Shown here one piece after another: positions 1 through 9,649 of a stretch of 64,000 nt of DNA. Numbering within the stretch: position 1 is the first letter of the stretch; every line of letters begins with the position of its first letter. This DNA is from Pyrinomonadaceae bacterium (GTDB lineage Bacteria > Acidobacteriota > Blastocatellia > Pyrinomonadales > Pyrinomonadaceae): NCBI GenBank assembly GCA_046313635.1, contig JBKBYA010000001.1, positions 224,001 through 288,000 on the forward strand, given 5' to 3'. The notes under the pieces are model-generated. The model was not told the origin of the DNA. It made no database searches and worked only from the letters and a program-made list of their open reading frames with translations. The position numbers and the translations under genes were made by a program.

Positions 1-239
1 CTTGGGGAACATCTAGCCTGCCCAATCAAATGCCGGCTTATGACGGAAAACTCTACTTTAAACCAGTAACCATAACGGGTAGCTAACGGTGAATTCTGAG
101 GGCGAATAAGACCACCTTTTTCTACATTTCGGCTATTGCTCCGTTTTACCTTCTGGGTTATAGTTCCGCATCACCAGAACGAGCAAGACAGACTGGATAG
201 GGCCTTTGAGAAGTGTCTGGCGCCCCCTGCTTCTTGATT

Positions 240-908
240 ATGAAGAAGTGCCCCACATGTGGACATATTTCACTCGATGACGATGTGTATTGTCCGAACG
301 ATGGCTCGATCCTCACCGAGAAGACAACATTCCCTTTTGACATGCCTACACAGTTCGTTGCGCCGCAGCGCCCGCTCAACCCGGCTGGCCATTCGAGATC
401 GCCGTCAATCTATGCGATGACCGGAGCGGCGGCAGCGACGATCGTGGTCGTTTTTGCGGCCCTCTATTACTTTGTAGGTGCTGCGAAATCGACCGAAGAG
501 GCGGAAGCGGCGACGGAAAATAAGCCGGCCATCAACTCAAGAGCTCCTGCCGTATCGCCAGTGCCGACGAAAAGTAATGCACCTACGGTACTATCGGCTT
601 CGACACCCAGACAAGAGCTTCCCAATTACCCGCCGGGTGAAGGCGTCGACCAGCCCCAATCGACGGGAACCTGGTTCGTCGTGCTCTGCAGCTATCCGCG
701 GGATGAATCAACGCGAGCAGATGAGCGATTGCGTTTCGTTCAGAGTCGGGGAATAAGCGCCCCGAAGGTAGATACCGATAAATATCCGGGATTCAGCCGC
801 GGCTACTACTCGATCATCGTCGGTCCGTATAGCAAGAGCGAAGCGATCCGGTTGATGAAGGACATGCGATCCGTGGTTCCGGATGCTTATGTCCGATCGG
901 GTTGGTAA
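240..908 (+). CDS. zinc-ribbon / single-TM protein with C-terminal SPOR-like domain
   Basis: ATG at 240 gives MKKCPTCG...YCPNDG; hydrophobic TM (AAAATIVVVFAALYYFV); Pro/Ser linker; C-terminal WFVVLCSY...YYSIIVGPYSK..A...VPDAYV resembles SPOR. Confidence 0.7.
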   Translation: MKKCPTCGHISLDDDVYCPNDGSILTEKTTFPFDMPTQFVAPQRPLNPAGHSRSPSIYAMTGAAAATIVVVFAALYYFVGAAKSTEEAEAATENKPAINSRAPAVSPVPTKSNAPTVLSASTPRQELPNYPPGEGVDQPQSTGTWFVVLCSYPRDESTRADERLRFVQSRGISAPKVDTDKYPGFSRGYYSIIVGPYSKSEAIRLMKDMRSVVPDAYVRSGW

Positions 909-920
909 CGAGTACCGACG

Positions 921-1322
921 ATGCCTGCGACGCCGGGGACCAACCCGCAGCCGTCGGGTGATCCGCGTGGTCGTTGGAACGGAGAATGGTCCACCGTGAG
1001 CGGAGCGTATCACGCGCTGCAGGTAACGCTCGACAGCGACAAAAATGACGGACTAACCGGACAGATCGCCTGGACGTTGAAACGCACCCCGCGGCCAGAC
1101 AAGCAGTCGAAGGTCGGCTTGTCTGCAACCGAACATGTCACCGGGCGATACGATCCGGCGAGCCGGGTTGTCAGGCTCAAGGGACATTCGAAGACCGACC
1201 CCGGCGGCCTGCTCGTGATGCTGGATGAGTATCGGCTCGATCTGTCGGCGGACAGTCAGCGACCCGCCGGACAGGCGCGAAACGCCGGCAAGTGGAACGG
1301 AATCGTTAATCTCACAAGATGA
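921..1322 (+). CDS. hypothetical beta-rich protein
   Basis: 133-aa ORF overlapping the next start (ATGA); GRWNGEW...LTGQIAW beta-strand pattern; no signal peptide. Confidence 0.5.
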   Translation: MPATPGTNPQPSGDPRGRWNGEWSTVSGAYHALQVTLDSDKNDGLTGQIAWTLKRTPRPDKQSKVGLSATEHVTGRYDPASRVVRLKGHSKTDPGGLLVMLDEYRLDLSADSQRPAGQARNAGKWNGIVNLTR

Positions 1323-3814
1323 AACTGGTCGGGAACAACGGGTCTGAATTCAAGCTGGCGATGGGCCGCACGCTCATCGGCCGTGACGCGGCGCAGTGCG
1401 GCGTTGTGATCGATGAGATCTTTGTTTCCCGGCTGCAGGCCGCTATCGAGATCAGCGTCAACGGTCAGGCGGCGATAAAAAATCTAAGCTCCAAGCACAC
1501 GACTTTCGTCAACGGCAGCGTCATCGACGTGCACTTCCTTAACGACGGCGACCGTGTCGAATTCGGCGCCGGTCAGACCGTGGCTTTCACGTTTCGGCAT
1601 AGCGAGAGCTGCGTCGCCGACGTTTCATTCAACTCGCTCCCGAACAGATCGTTCAATCCTCAGTCGACGGTCATCCAAGCGGACCGTCCGCAAGCGACCA
1701 GCTTCTTCCGCGTGGATCTGAGTCCCCGACTCCGCCTCGGCCGCGCGCCGGACAACGACGTCGTGCTCGACGGTCCGAGCGTGTCGCGTTACCACGCGGA
1801 GCTTGTCTACGAGAACGGTTCGCAGCCAGCGATCGCCGATGTCGGCAGCACGAACGGCACGTTCGTCAACGGCCAGCTACTACGCGGAGCTTACGTGCTC
1901 CGTCCGGACGACTGGGTGACGATCGGCGGATACTTGTTCAAGGTCAACGGTCGGAATATCAGTAAACAGGATCTCAGCGCGAGTCACATCGCCGCATTCG
2001 GTGTTTCGAAGTCTTACGGCGAGAAGACTGTTCTGCAAGACGTCTCGGTAGCCCTGTTCCCACGCGAGTTCGTCGGTCTGATGGGTGCTTCCGGGTGCGG
2101 AAAGTCGACGCTGATGGACGTGCTGAATGGTATGCGGCCGGCATCGAGCGGCTCGGTATTTGTCAACGACCTGGATCTTTATCGAAATTTCGATCTTCTT
2201 CGGCGATCCATCGGCTACGTACCGCAGCGCGATATTCTCCATGAGGCGCTAACCGTCGAGCGAACACTCTATTTTGCGGCGAAAATGCGTCTTCCGTCGG
2301 GAACGTCGCGGCACCAGATCTGGGGAGTTATCGATGAGGTCATCCAGACGGTCGGCCTCGAGGAGCAGCGGCACAATACGTTTCGCGAGCTTTCGGGTGG
2401 TCAGCAGAAGCGCCTGAGTCTGGGTATCGAGCTGATCACGAAACCGAATTTCCTGTTTCTGGATGAGCCGACCTCGCCGCTGGATCCTGAGACGACCGAG
2501 AACATGATGATGCTGTTCCGCCGTCTCGCCGACGAAGGACGCATCGTCGTTATGGTGACTCATAAGTTTGAGAGGTTCCATTTGATGCACAACATCGTCC
2601 TACTCGCCAAGGGGAGGCTTGCCTTTTTCGGCCCACCGCGCGAGGCGCTTGAGTTCTTCAATTGCAGCGAGCCGAGCGAGATCTATCGTCGACTGCATGA
2701 AAAAACACCGGACGAAGCATGCCGACAATTCCGGCGCTCGCCGCAGTTTCAGCGACACGTCGCGGCGCGGTTCAGTGAAGTGCAGGAGCTGATCAGCACC
2801 GGTGCGGCAACTTTCGACCCGTCACTTTCGCAGACCGGAGCCGAGCGCAGCCCCGGCATAGGACAATGGCTCACGCTCACGCAGCGCGCTTTCGAGATCA
2901 AGGTCCGCGATCTTCGAAACACTCTGATCCTTCTAGCGCAAGCCCCGATCGTCGCGTTGATACTGTCGTTCATAACTGACGACACGCCCAACGACGCACG
3001 GACGATCTTTATCGCCGCGATCATCGCGATCTGGCTTGGCGCAAACAATGCGATCCGCGAGATCGTTTCGGAAAAGGATGTCTATGCGCGGGAGCGTTTG
3101 GTGAATCTGAAAATACCTTCGTATGTGCTGTCGAAGTTCGCGATCCTCAGCGGGATCGGATCGATCCAGTGCTTTCTGTTTGTTGTGATCCTCACCGCCT
3201 TCGCCCGTTTCGAGTCGGCCGACATCGGAATACTGACGCTGATTCTTTACCTGACGCTGCTCGCCGGTGCGGCGATCGGTCTGTTCTTCTCGGCACTGGT
3301 CTCGTCCACCGAGAAAGCGATGAGCGTCCTTCCGCTGATCTTGATCCCGCAGCTTCTGCTGAGCGGGTTCCTGAAACCGCTCGACGATCTCTACGTCAAT
3401 CTGCCGAAGGAGCGACCGTCGACCGTCGAAGAATACGACAGGTACCAGCGCGATAAAGATAAAGAAATCAAATTTGATCCGACAAAGCCGAATGAAAAAC
3501 CGGTGATTCCGGAACCCGTGCAAAAGTCCGACGGACTCGGCAGTGCGAAGTTCCTGGCTGACTTGATGACCGCTCGATGGACAATCGACGCGCTGGTCCA
3601 CCAGGTTTCCTCTGACGACAAAATCGCACGCGACAAGCTCGCATCGCGGATGACAGTCGCGGGATACCAAACCGTTCTCGACAAACGTCCCGATTCAGAG
3701 ACCTTGGATACTTACCGATTGCGAGTGCGTTTGGGTCTCTTTATCCTTGCGTTGTTCAGCGTTGTGTTTCTCGGCCTGACGATAGCGGCGCTAAAGAGGA
3801 AGGACACCTTGTGA
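1319..3814 (+). CDS. dual FHA-domain ABC transporter (ATPase + ABC-2 permease), Rv1747-like architecture
   Basis: FHA motifs IGRD...VSRLQA and LGRAPDND...VSRYHA...GSTNGTFVNG; Walker A GASGCGKST; LSGGQ; FLDEPTS; C-terminal TM helices. Confidence 0.93.
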   Translation: MKLVGNNGSEFKLAMGRTLIGRDAAQCGVVIDEIFVSRLQAAIEISVNGQAAIKNLSSKHTTFVNGSVIDVHFLNDGDRVEFGAGQTVAFTFRHSESCVADVSFNSLPNRSFNPQSTVIQADRPQATSFFRVDLSPRLRLGRAPDNDVVLDGPSVSRYHAELVYENGSQPAIADVGSTNGTFVNGQLLRGAYVLRPDDWVTIGGYLFKVNGRNISKQDLSASHIAAFGVSKSYGEKTVLQDVSVALFPREFVGLMGASGCGKSTLMDVLNGMRPASSGSVFVNDLDLYRNFDLLRRSIGYVPQRDILHEALTVERTLYFAAKMRLPSGTSRHQIWGVIDEVIQTVGLEEQRHNTFRELSGGQQKRLSLGIELITKPNFLFLDEPTSPLDPETTENMMMLFRRLADEGRIVVMVTHKFERFHLMHNIVLLAKGRLAFFGPPREALEFFNCSEPSEIYRRLHEKTPDEACRQFRRSPQFQRHVAARFSEVQELISTGAATFDPSLSQTGAERSPGIGQWLTLTQRAFEIKVRDLRNTLILLAQAPIVALILSFITDDTPNDARTIFIAAIIAIWLGANNAIREIVSEKDVYARERLVNLKIPSYVLSKFAILSGIGSIQCFLFVVILTAFARFESADIGILTLILYLTLLAGAAIGLFFSALVSSTEKAMSVLPLILIPQLLLSGFLKPLDDLYVNLPKERPSTVEEYDRYQRDKDKEIKFDPTKPNEKPVIPEPVQKSDGLGSAKFLADLMTARWTIDALVHQVSSDDKIARDKLASRMTVAGYQTVLDKRPDSETLDTYRLRVRLGLFILALFSVVFLGLTIAALKRKDTL

Positions 3815-3843
3815 TTTGAAGGAGCGGCCACATTAGCGACCTG

Positions 3844-6132
3844 ATGATGTTCTGTCCAAAATGCGGTAGCGAAAACCTGGCCATCAACAAATTCTGCAAA
3901 AAATGCGGGCGGCAAATACCCGTCCGTCAACCTGCTCAACACCGATCTCACAGTCTGCCGGGACAACTGCTGGATGGAAAGTATCGGATCGACGCTAAGC
4001 TTGGCTCGGGCGGGATGGGCGACGTGTATCGCGCGACCCGACTCCTGATCGGCGACTCGGTCGCGATCAAGGTTCTCCATTCCCATCTCGCCGCCGACCC
4101 GCAGGCAGCGGAACGATTTCGGCGTGAGGCGGTAACAGCTACGCAGCTTAGGCATCGAAATGTCGTTGCGCTTTACGATGTCGGCGTCGCGCATGGTGTG
4201 CCGTATATTCTGATGGAGCTCGCCGAGGGGTTCTCGCTTCGTCAGATCATCAACGAGTATCGTGTGCTGCCTCTCGACTTTGTCGTTACGGTCGCGGCCC
4301 AAGTAGCGGCCGCACTCGAGGAAGCACACCGCCTCGGCATCGTCCACCGCGACATCAAGCCCGAGAACATTATTGCGAACGAGACGGCGAAAGGATGGCA
4401 GATAAAGGTCCTCGACTTTGGGATCGCTAAGCTCTACAACCAAACCGACATCGGTTTGACGCAGGACGGCAGTGCTATGGGCACGCCGCAGTACATGTCT
4501 CCGGAGCAGTGTCTCGGAGAGTCGCTCGATGGCCGGAGCGATATTTATAGTCTTGGGATCGTGCTCTACGAGATGCTGTGCGGAACCGTCCCGTTCAAAG
4601 GGCCGTCCGCTTCGGCGGTGGCCATCTATCAGGTTCAGAACGACCCGCCGCCGCCGCGGTCGCTCAACCCTGACATCCATCCTGACGTCGAGGCCGTACT
4701 TCTGAGAGCGCTCGCAAAGTCGCCCGACGACCGCCCGCGATCGCCGCAGATGTTGTCGCAGCAGCTGATCGGTGCCGCGACAGCCGCGTTTAGGTCCGGA
4801 TTTACCGCCGTCTCCGCGGAACCGATCGCGCCGCCGGACGTCGCTCCGCAATTCGATGCCGATGGCACCGCGATCCCGTCAGGTGAAACGGGCACCCCTT
4901 CGCTTTCTGTTGAAGCGGCGCCCGGGAATGATGTCCCGAACAGCCCCGCTGCGACACCTGTCGATGTCGAACAGGTAATCGCAATCCCGACTCCGGACGT
5001 TACTCCCGCAGTTCCGATCCGGCTAGAAACGCCGCGTACCGATGCGGAACAAGAAACGATTGCTGTTACGGCTACGAACGTCGCGGCAAAGCCTGAGGTG
5101 CCGACCGAGAACCAGCCGATCACTCCTCGCGTCGATGAACTGCAGGGTTTTGATCGGAACGAGGTCGACCTTCCGGACGAGTCAGCGCCCCAACCTGCCG
5201 AGCCGCAAAGTGAATATGAGATTGCAGCCAACGCCCCGAGCGAACCGGAAGAACGTTTGCCGGAGTATCAACTCGATGAAGCGGGTCCTTCGCGTAGGCG
5301 GCGTCTCGCGGTTATCTTGGGCGCACTTTTGTTCGTCGGCGCGATCTTTATTCTTGGCGTCGCCGCGGGAGTTTGGTTCTTTGTGCTTCGTGAAACAAGA
5401 CCTCCTGTCAATACAGTGAGCAGGTCGACATCGCCGTCCACGTCCAACGCACCGACTAACACGCCGCCGGCCGGAATGGCGTACGTGCCGGGCGGAGAGT
5501 TCATGATGGGCAGCGATTCGGGCGACGAGTACTCGCGGCCTGCGCACGTGGTTTCAGTCAAACCGTTCTTCATAGACATCACCGAGGTTACGAACGAGGA
5601 TTATAAGAAGTTTATCGACGCGACCGGTCACAAGCCTCCTCCGGATTGGAAGGCCGGAACATATCGGGACGGCCGCGCGAAGTTTCCCGTCACGGGTGTG
5701 AGGTGGAACGACGCCGACGCATTTGCGAAATGGGCCGGCAAGCGTCTTCCGACCGAAGCCGAGTGGGAATTCGCCGCGCGCGGCACCGACGGCCGCATCT
5801 ATCCCTGGGGCAACGAGTGGCAGGACGGACTAGCCAACGCCGGCGGCCGATCGAAAGGGTTTCGCGAAGCGGGACAAGGGGGACCATCGCCGTTCGGCCT
5901 GTACGATATGGCCGGCAACGCATGGGAATGGACGGCGAGCGATGCGGTCGAATACCCGCGCGGAAAGGCCTTCGCTCAACAGGATAAAGGGAAGAAGATC
6001 TTGCGCGGCGGCAGCTATATAGAAGATATAGAAACCGTCCGGGCCGATTACCGAGGGTTTTATCATCCTGTGCGGGAGCGAGATTATGGCAGGACGGGCT
6101 TTCGCTGCGCCAAGGACGCACCTAATAACTGA
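3844..6132 (+). CDS. Hanks-type Ser/Thr protein kinase with N-terminal zinc ribbon, TM and C-terminal FGE/SUMF1-like domain
   Basis: LGSGGMGDVY, VAIK, HRDIKPEN, DFG, GTPQYMSPEQ; TM; FMMGS...EVTN...RLPTEAEWEFAARG...GLYDMAGNAWEW...GFRC. Confidence 0.95.
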   Translation: MMFCPKCGSENLAINKFCKKCGRQIPVRQPAQHRSHSLPGQLLDGKYRIDAKLGSGGMGDVYRATRLLIGDSVAIKVLHSHLAADPQAAERFRREAVTATQLRHRNVVALYDVGVAHGVPYILMELAEGFSLRQIINEYRVLPLDFVVTVAAQVAAALEEAHRLGIVHRDIKPENIIANETAKGWQIKVLDFGIAKLYNQTDIGLTQDGSAMGTPQYMSPEQCLGESLDGRSDIYSLGIVLYEMLCGTVPFKGPSASAVAIYQVQNDPPPPRSLNPDIHPDVEAVLLRALAKSPDDRPRSPQMLSQQLIGAATAAFRSGFTAVSAEPIAPPDVAPQFDADGTAIPSGETGTPSLSVEAAPGNDVPNSPAATPVDVEQVIAIPTPDVTPAVPIRLETPRTDAEQETIAVTATNVAAKPEVPTENQPITPRVDELQGFDRNEVDLPDESAPQPAEPQSEYEIAANAPSEPEERLPEYQLDEAGPSRRRRLAVILGALLFVGAIFILGVAAGVWFFVLRETRPPVNTVSRSTSPSTSNAPTNTPPAGMAYVPGGEFMMGSDSGDEYSRPAHVVSVKPFFIDITEVTNEDYKKFIDATGHKPPPDWKAGTYRDGRAKFPVTGVRWNDADAFAKWAGKRLPTEAEWEFAARGTDGRIYPWGNEWQDGLANAGGRSKGFREAGQGGPSPFGLYDMAGNAWEWTASDAVEYPRGKAFAQQDKGKKILRGGSYIEDIETVRADYRGFYHPVRERDYGRTGFRCAKDAPNN

Positions 6133-7376
6133 TGAATCGGATACGAGCGGTTTCTATGCTGACGCTGGTAATTGCCGTTCTGGCAGTTCACTCTTTCGGC
6201 CAGCCGAAAGGCGGTCGCAGTTCGCCTCCGGCGCCGGCTCCGCCGCCTCCGACGGTTAAACCAAAACCCGATCGACCGCAGTCCAAGTCCCGGCCGATGC
6301 CGCGCCCGCCGAGAACGAAGGCCCCGATTGCGAAGTTTGGAACGCTCTCGATCTCTGCGAGCGAGCCTGGGAGCGAGATCTTCGTCACCCAAAATGGCGA
6401 AAACGTGCTCGATGGCGATTCCGTGCATTCACCCGAAGACGGCTCGCCGGTCGTGGTCACAGACCTGCCCGCGGGCAAATACACTTTGCTCGTGCGGAAG
6501 GCGGGCTACTACGAATACGAACGTACTGTGACGGTGATCGGCGGACGGCGGGAGGCCGTGTTTGCGGGACTGCGGCCGACAGCTGCCTTTCTGACGGTTT
6601 TGGTTCCCGGCGTCAGAGACGCCACGATCGACCTCGGCGACGGAAGCACATTCACCGGAGAAGTCCGCCGTCATCTTGTCGCTCCCGGTCGGTACACGAT
6701 CCGCGTCAGTCGAAAAGGCTACATACCGCAAACCAAGGTCGTAGACGTCACGATGCTCGGACTCGAATATCCCCAGACCATTATCCTGCAGCCCGTGCCG
6801 ATCGATTCGCTGCTGGCAGCGGCCGAACAGAAACTGCAAGCTCAGGATTACGCAGCCGCCGAGTTGGCGGCGAACGAAGCGCTGCAATTTGAACCCGAGC
6901 ATCCACGCGTGAATCTGATCTATGGATTGAGTCTTTTTTTCCGCGGGAGCGACGGCTCTTGCGACTATTTGCTGAATGCAGTTCGCGGCGGCCAGCGGGT
7001 GAGTCTACCCGTGCGCGCTCTGGCGAAAATCGATGGCGGCCTAGGGCTTTTTGAAGGCAACCTCACGATGGACAAAAACTACCTGAGCTTCTCCTTTGCC
7101 GCGCGGCCCGATCTGAGCATCAGTATCTTCAAGCCGGATCTGGACCAACTTGTAAAGAGCGTGGACCGCGCCAATGTGCCGAATATCGAGCTGAAAGCAA
7201 ATGGCGAATCACGCGGCCGCCGCGTCGAACGAAAGCTCACACTCTACTCAACCGAGACGGTGGTCCGCGCAAACCGCAAAGAAACCTTTTGCTCGCCCAC
7301 GGCCCGTCGACCCTGCAACGCCGACATTGATACCCTGCACAGATTGATCAGCGACTGGCAGTACAAATTTCGATGA
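6132..7376 (+). CDS. secreted PEGA-domain protein with TPR-like segment
   Basis: signal peptide, Pro-rich linker, LPAGKYTLLVRKAGY and APGRYTIRVSRKGY PEGA-like repeats, helical AEQKLQAQDYAAA..ALQFEPEH. Confidence 0.75.
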   Translation: MNRIRAVSMLTLVIAVLAVHSFGQPKGGRSSPPAPAPPPPTVKPKPDRPQSKSRPMPRPPRTKAPIAKFGTLSISASEPGSEIFVTQNGENVLDGDSVHSPEDGSPVVVTDLPAGKYTLLVRKAGYYEYERTVTVIGGRREAVFAGLRPTAAFLTVLVPGVRDATIDLGDGSTFTGEVRRHLVAPGRYTIRVSRKGYIPQTKVVDVTMLGLEYPQTIILQPVPIDSLLAAAEQKLQAQDYAAAELAANEALQFEPEHPRVNLIYGLSLFFRGSDGSCDYLLNAVRGGQRVSLPVRALAKIDGGLGLFEGNLTMDKNYLSFSFAARPDLSISIFKPDLDQLVKSVDRANVPNIELKANGESRGRRVERKLTLYSTETVVRANRKETFCSPTARRPCNADIDTLHRLISDWQYKFR

Positions 7377-7408
7377 GTAGAAGGGAGCGGCACTAAAGAA
7401 AGTACAAC

Positions 7409-8368
7409 TTACGGACCTACGATCGAGATCAATCTAGCATTCATCCAACCTTCACGTTGAGCTTCCATCCAGCCAAAATAGCCGTCGCGTTCCCAATTGT
7501 TGCCGCAGCCCAAATTACCCTGGGAATCGCATCCATCCTGTAATACCTGGACGCGGTACCACGTTGCGTATCCGTCGTCAGTTGGATAAGAATCGACCTC
7601 CAAAACTCTAACTCTGGCTCCTTGGTAGTGGGTACCGATAACTTGGGCCGTGCGGTTCGATGCAGATCGGATATTGGCGTTCTCAGTAAGCACGCCTTCG
7701 CGGCCGATCACCCAAGAATGCGACGAGTCGTTGGAATTCGTCACCGTATTTGAGCTGCTCGCGTTCGAACTGTATGAAGGTGTCGCTCTATTGGTCTTTA
7801 CCGGCCGATCGGCGTTCGCGCCGCCCGCGGAGTTACTGGCGTTGTCGGCTTGTTTCGAATAGATGATCACACCGCCGATCAGAACGGCCGTTACGAGGAT
7901 CGTGACGACGTTTACAGTTGTTTGTCGTGAATTATCGGTGGAGCCGATCGATGCTGCGTATGGTTGCGGCGGCGTAAAAACGTTTGGCTGGAAAGCGATC
8001 GTCTCCTCTGGTACCGAGGGAGCGCCTGCAAGCGGCTGATGCGGTGAGCTCGGCGGTGTCGGACTGCCAAACTGCGGCGCGTACCCGAAAAGGGCGTTGC
8101 CGGCGAGGCCGATCGCCGGCTGTCCTCCCGGCCCGGTCATTGGCGCTCCGCACTTTTTGCAGAACTTCGAAGTACCTCGGTTCGCGAGCCCGCAGGACGA
8201 GCACTCGATCAACGTGTCCGGCGTACCCTCGGACACCGGACGCACCGAGAACCGTTGCCCAACCAGCGTCTCCTGCTCTGCGGAATCGTCGCGAAGAGCG
8301 TTGCCGTCATTCATACAGAAGACGTAATCGTCGGAAAAAACGCTGTTACATTGCGGGCAGATTTTCAT
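7409..8368 (-). CDS. double zinc-ribbon, single-TM protein with C-terminal SH3-like domain
   Basis: MKICPQC...FCMNDG; CSSCG...FCKKCG; TM; NANIRSASNRTAQVIG...GARVRVL...WYRV...GWM resembles bacterial SH3. Confidence 0.7.
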   Translation of the reverse strand: MKICPQCNSVFSDDYVFCMNDGNALRDDSAEQETLVGQRFSVRPVSEGTPDTLIECSSCGLANRGTSKFCKKCGAPMTGPGGQPAIGLAGNALFGYAPQFGSPTPPSSPHQPLAGAPSVPEETIAFQPNVFTPPQPYAASIGSTDNSRQTTVNVVTILVTAVLIGGVIIYSKQADNASNSAGGANADRPVKTNRATPSYSSNASSSNTVTNSNDSSHSWVIGREGVLTENANIRSASNRTAQVIGTHYQGARVRVLEVDSYPTDDGYATWYRVQVLQDGCDSQGNLGCGNNWERDGYFGWMEAQREGWMNARLISIVGP

Positions 8369-8375
8369 GTCGTAG

Positions 8376-9611
8376 TTAGTTCTTGTCCGGACCAAATTCG
8401 GTAAGAAAGTGTTCGGTGAGGTCGCCGACAACAGGTAATTTGAAGATCTCGTTGTTGAATGCCTTGGTGATCAATAACAAATTCACGCCGGCGGCCGCAA
8501 ACCATGCTCCGTACCAAATTCCGTTGACCTGCGAGTACTCGCCAAAATACCCCGCGGCGAAAATCCCGACATTCAAAATCAGAGATTGGAGCGAGTGGAA
8601 CCGCAGGAAATAATTCTCCTTCGGCGTGCTGATTAGAAAGATCGCCGGAACCACCAGCCACACGAAGCCGAGGATAAAACCGAAGGCAGCCAGTACAAAG
8701 CCGGGCCCATATGCGAGGGCCGCCTTTGCGGTGGGACTCATGGCCGCCTCCGAGTAACTTGGCTCTTCGAACCGCTCCGCCGAATGCGCGCCGCCGCTCA
8801 GCGACATGACCCGTGCTCGCTCCGGGTCGGACAGAAACGGCGAGGAATGGACGGCGCTGTCGAGGTGCGCCTTCAGGATTTGCCCTTGCGCTGAGAACCA
8901 GGTCCCCACTATCCAGAAGATAAGACCAACGAGACCGCCGCTGATTGCCGAGTAGATGAAAACACCCACGGTCACGGCGGCCGAGTCACTTGCGCTGGCG
9001 CCGAAGCCCCGCGACCAGTTGGACATGGATTGTCCGGCCACCAGACCGGCAAGAATGATCAAGCCGCACGCCACTGCCCCTAAAATTTTTAGCAGCTTCC
9101 CAAACCCGTCCAGCGTGCGGGCCACGCGATAGCCGTCCCGGTAGCGCCCGATCACAGAGCGAGAAAAATTTCGAGGTGCCGAACCAGCTCCCGATTCAAC
9201 CGCCACCCTTTGTGGCGGAGAAGATTCGCGCTCCCCGAACTCGTCGGGTACAGTACGCGGGTCGTCACCGTGCGAACGCCGATCAGTTTGCGGTGAGTGC
9301 TCTTTGGCCTTTATGCTTTTCGGGATCTCGGTCCTGCTTGCCGAGGCTGCATGCCCCGCACTGCGTGTTTCGAACGGAGCGGTTACCGCGCCGCCACGAG
9401 GGGCTTGCGCGCCGATCGGATCCGGCTGCAGATTCAGCGCGCAAGAATGACAAAACGTGTCCGTAGGCGACACATTCGATCCGCATGCTGGACAAAGGTC
9501 AAACGAAACAGACCCGCTTGACGGCTGTGCGGTACCGCACTCGTTGCAAAAAATAGCGTCTGGGTCGATTGCCGCATGGCAGCTAATACAATGTTTACCG
9601 TTCATGGTCAT
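8376..9611 (-). CDS. double zinc-ribbon multi-TM membrane protein (C-terminal DUF4870-like)
   Basis: CISC..FCNECG and CPACG..FCHSC; AALAY...FLRFHSLQSL...FKLPVVG C-terminal pattern; RBS GAGG upstream. Confidence 0.7.
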   Translation of the reverse strand: MTMNGKHCISCHAAIDPDAIFCNECGTAQPSSGSVSFDLCPACGSNVSPTDTFCHSCALNLQPDPIGAQAPRGGAVTAPFETRSAGHAASASRTEIPKSIKAKEHSPQTDRRSHGDDPRTVPDEFGERESSPPQRVAVESGAGSAPRNFSRSVIGRYRDGYRVARTLDGFGKLLKILGAVACGLIILAGLVAGQSMSNWSRGFGASASDSAAVTVGVFIYSAISGGLVGLIFWIVGTWFSAQGQILKAHLDSAVHSSPFLSDPERARVMSLSGGAHSAERFEEPSYSEAAMSPTAKAALAYGPGFVLAAFGFILGFVWLVVPAIFLISTPKENYFLRFHSLQSLILNVGIFAAGYFGEYSQVNGIWYGAWFAAAGVNLLLITKAFNNEIFKLPVVGDLTEHFLTEFGPDKN

Positions 9612-9649
9612 GTTTCCTCCTCGCGAGGAATGGTCGGCTCGATTTCACT

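Noticed and set aside
1..86. 3' end of an upstream + strand CDS
   Set aside because: Open frame is too short to support a call
906..923. Read-through fusion of the SPOR-like gene and the in-frame 921 ORF
   Set aside because: TAA falls at the natural end of the SPOR-like domain; in-frame spacing may be chance
1319..7376. Type VI secretion regulatory module (Fha/PpkA/TagR-like)
   Set aside because: No tss structural genes or PP2C phosphatase visible in the window
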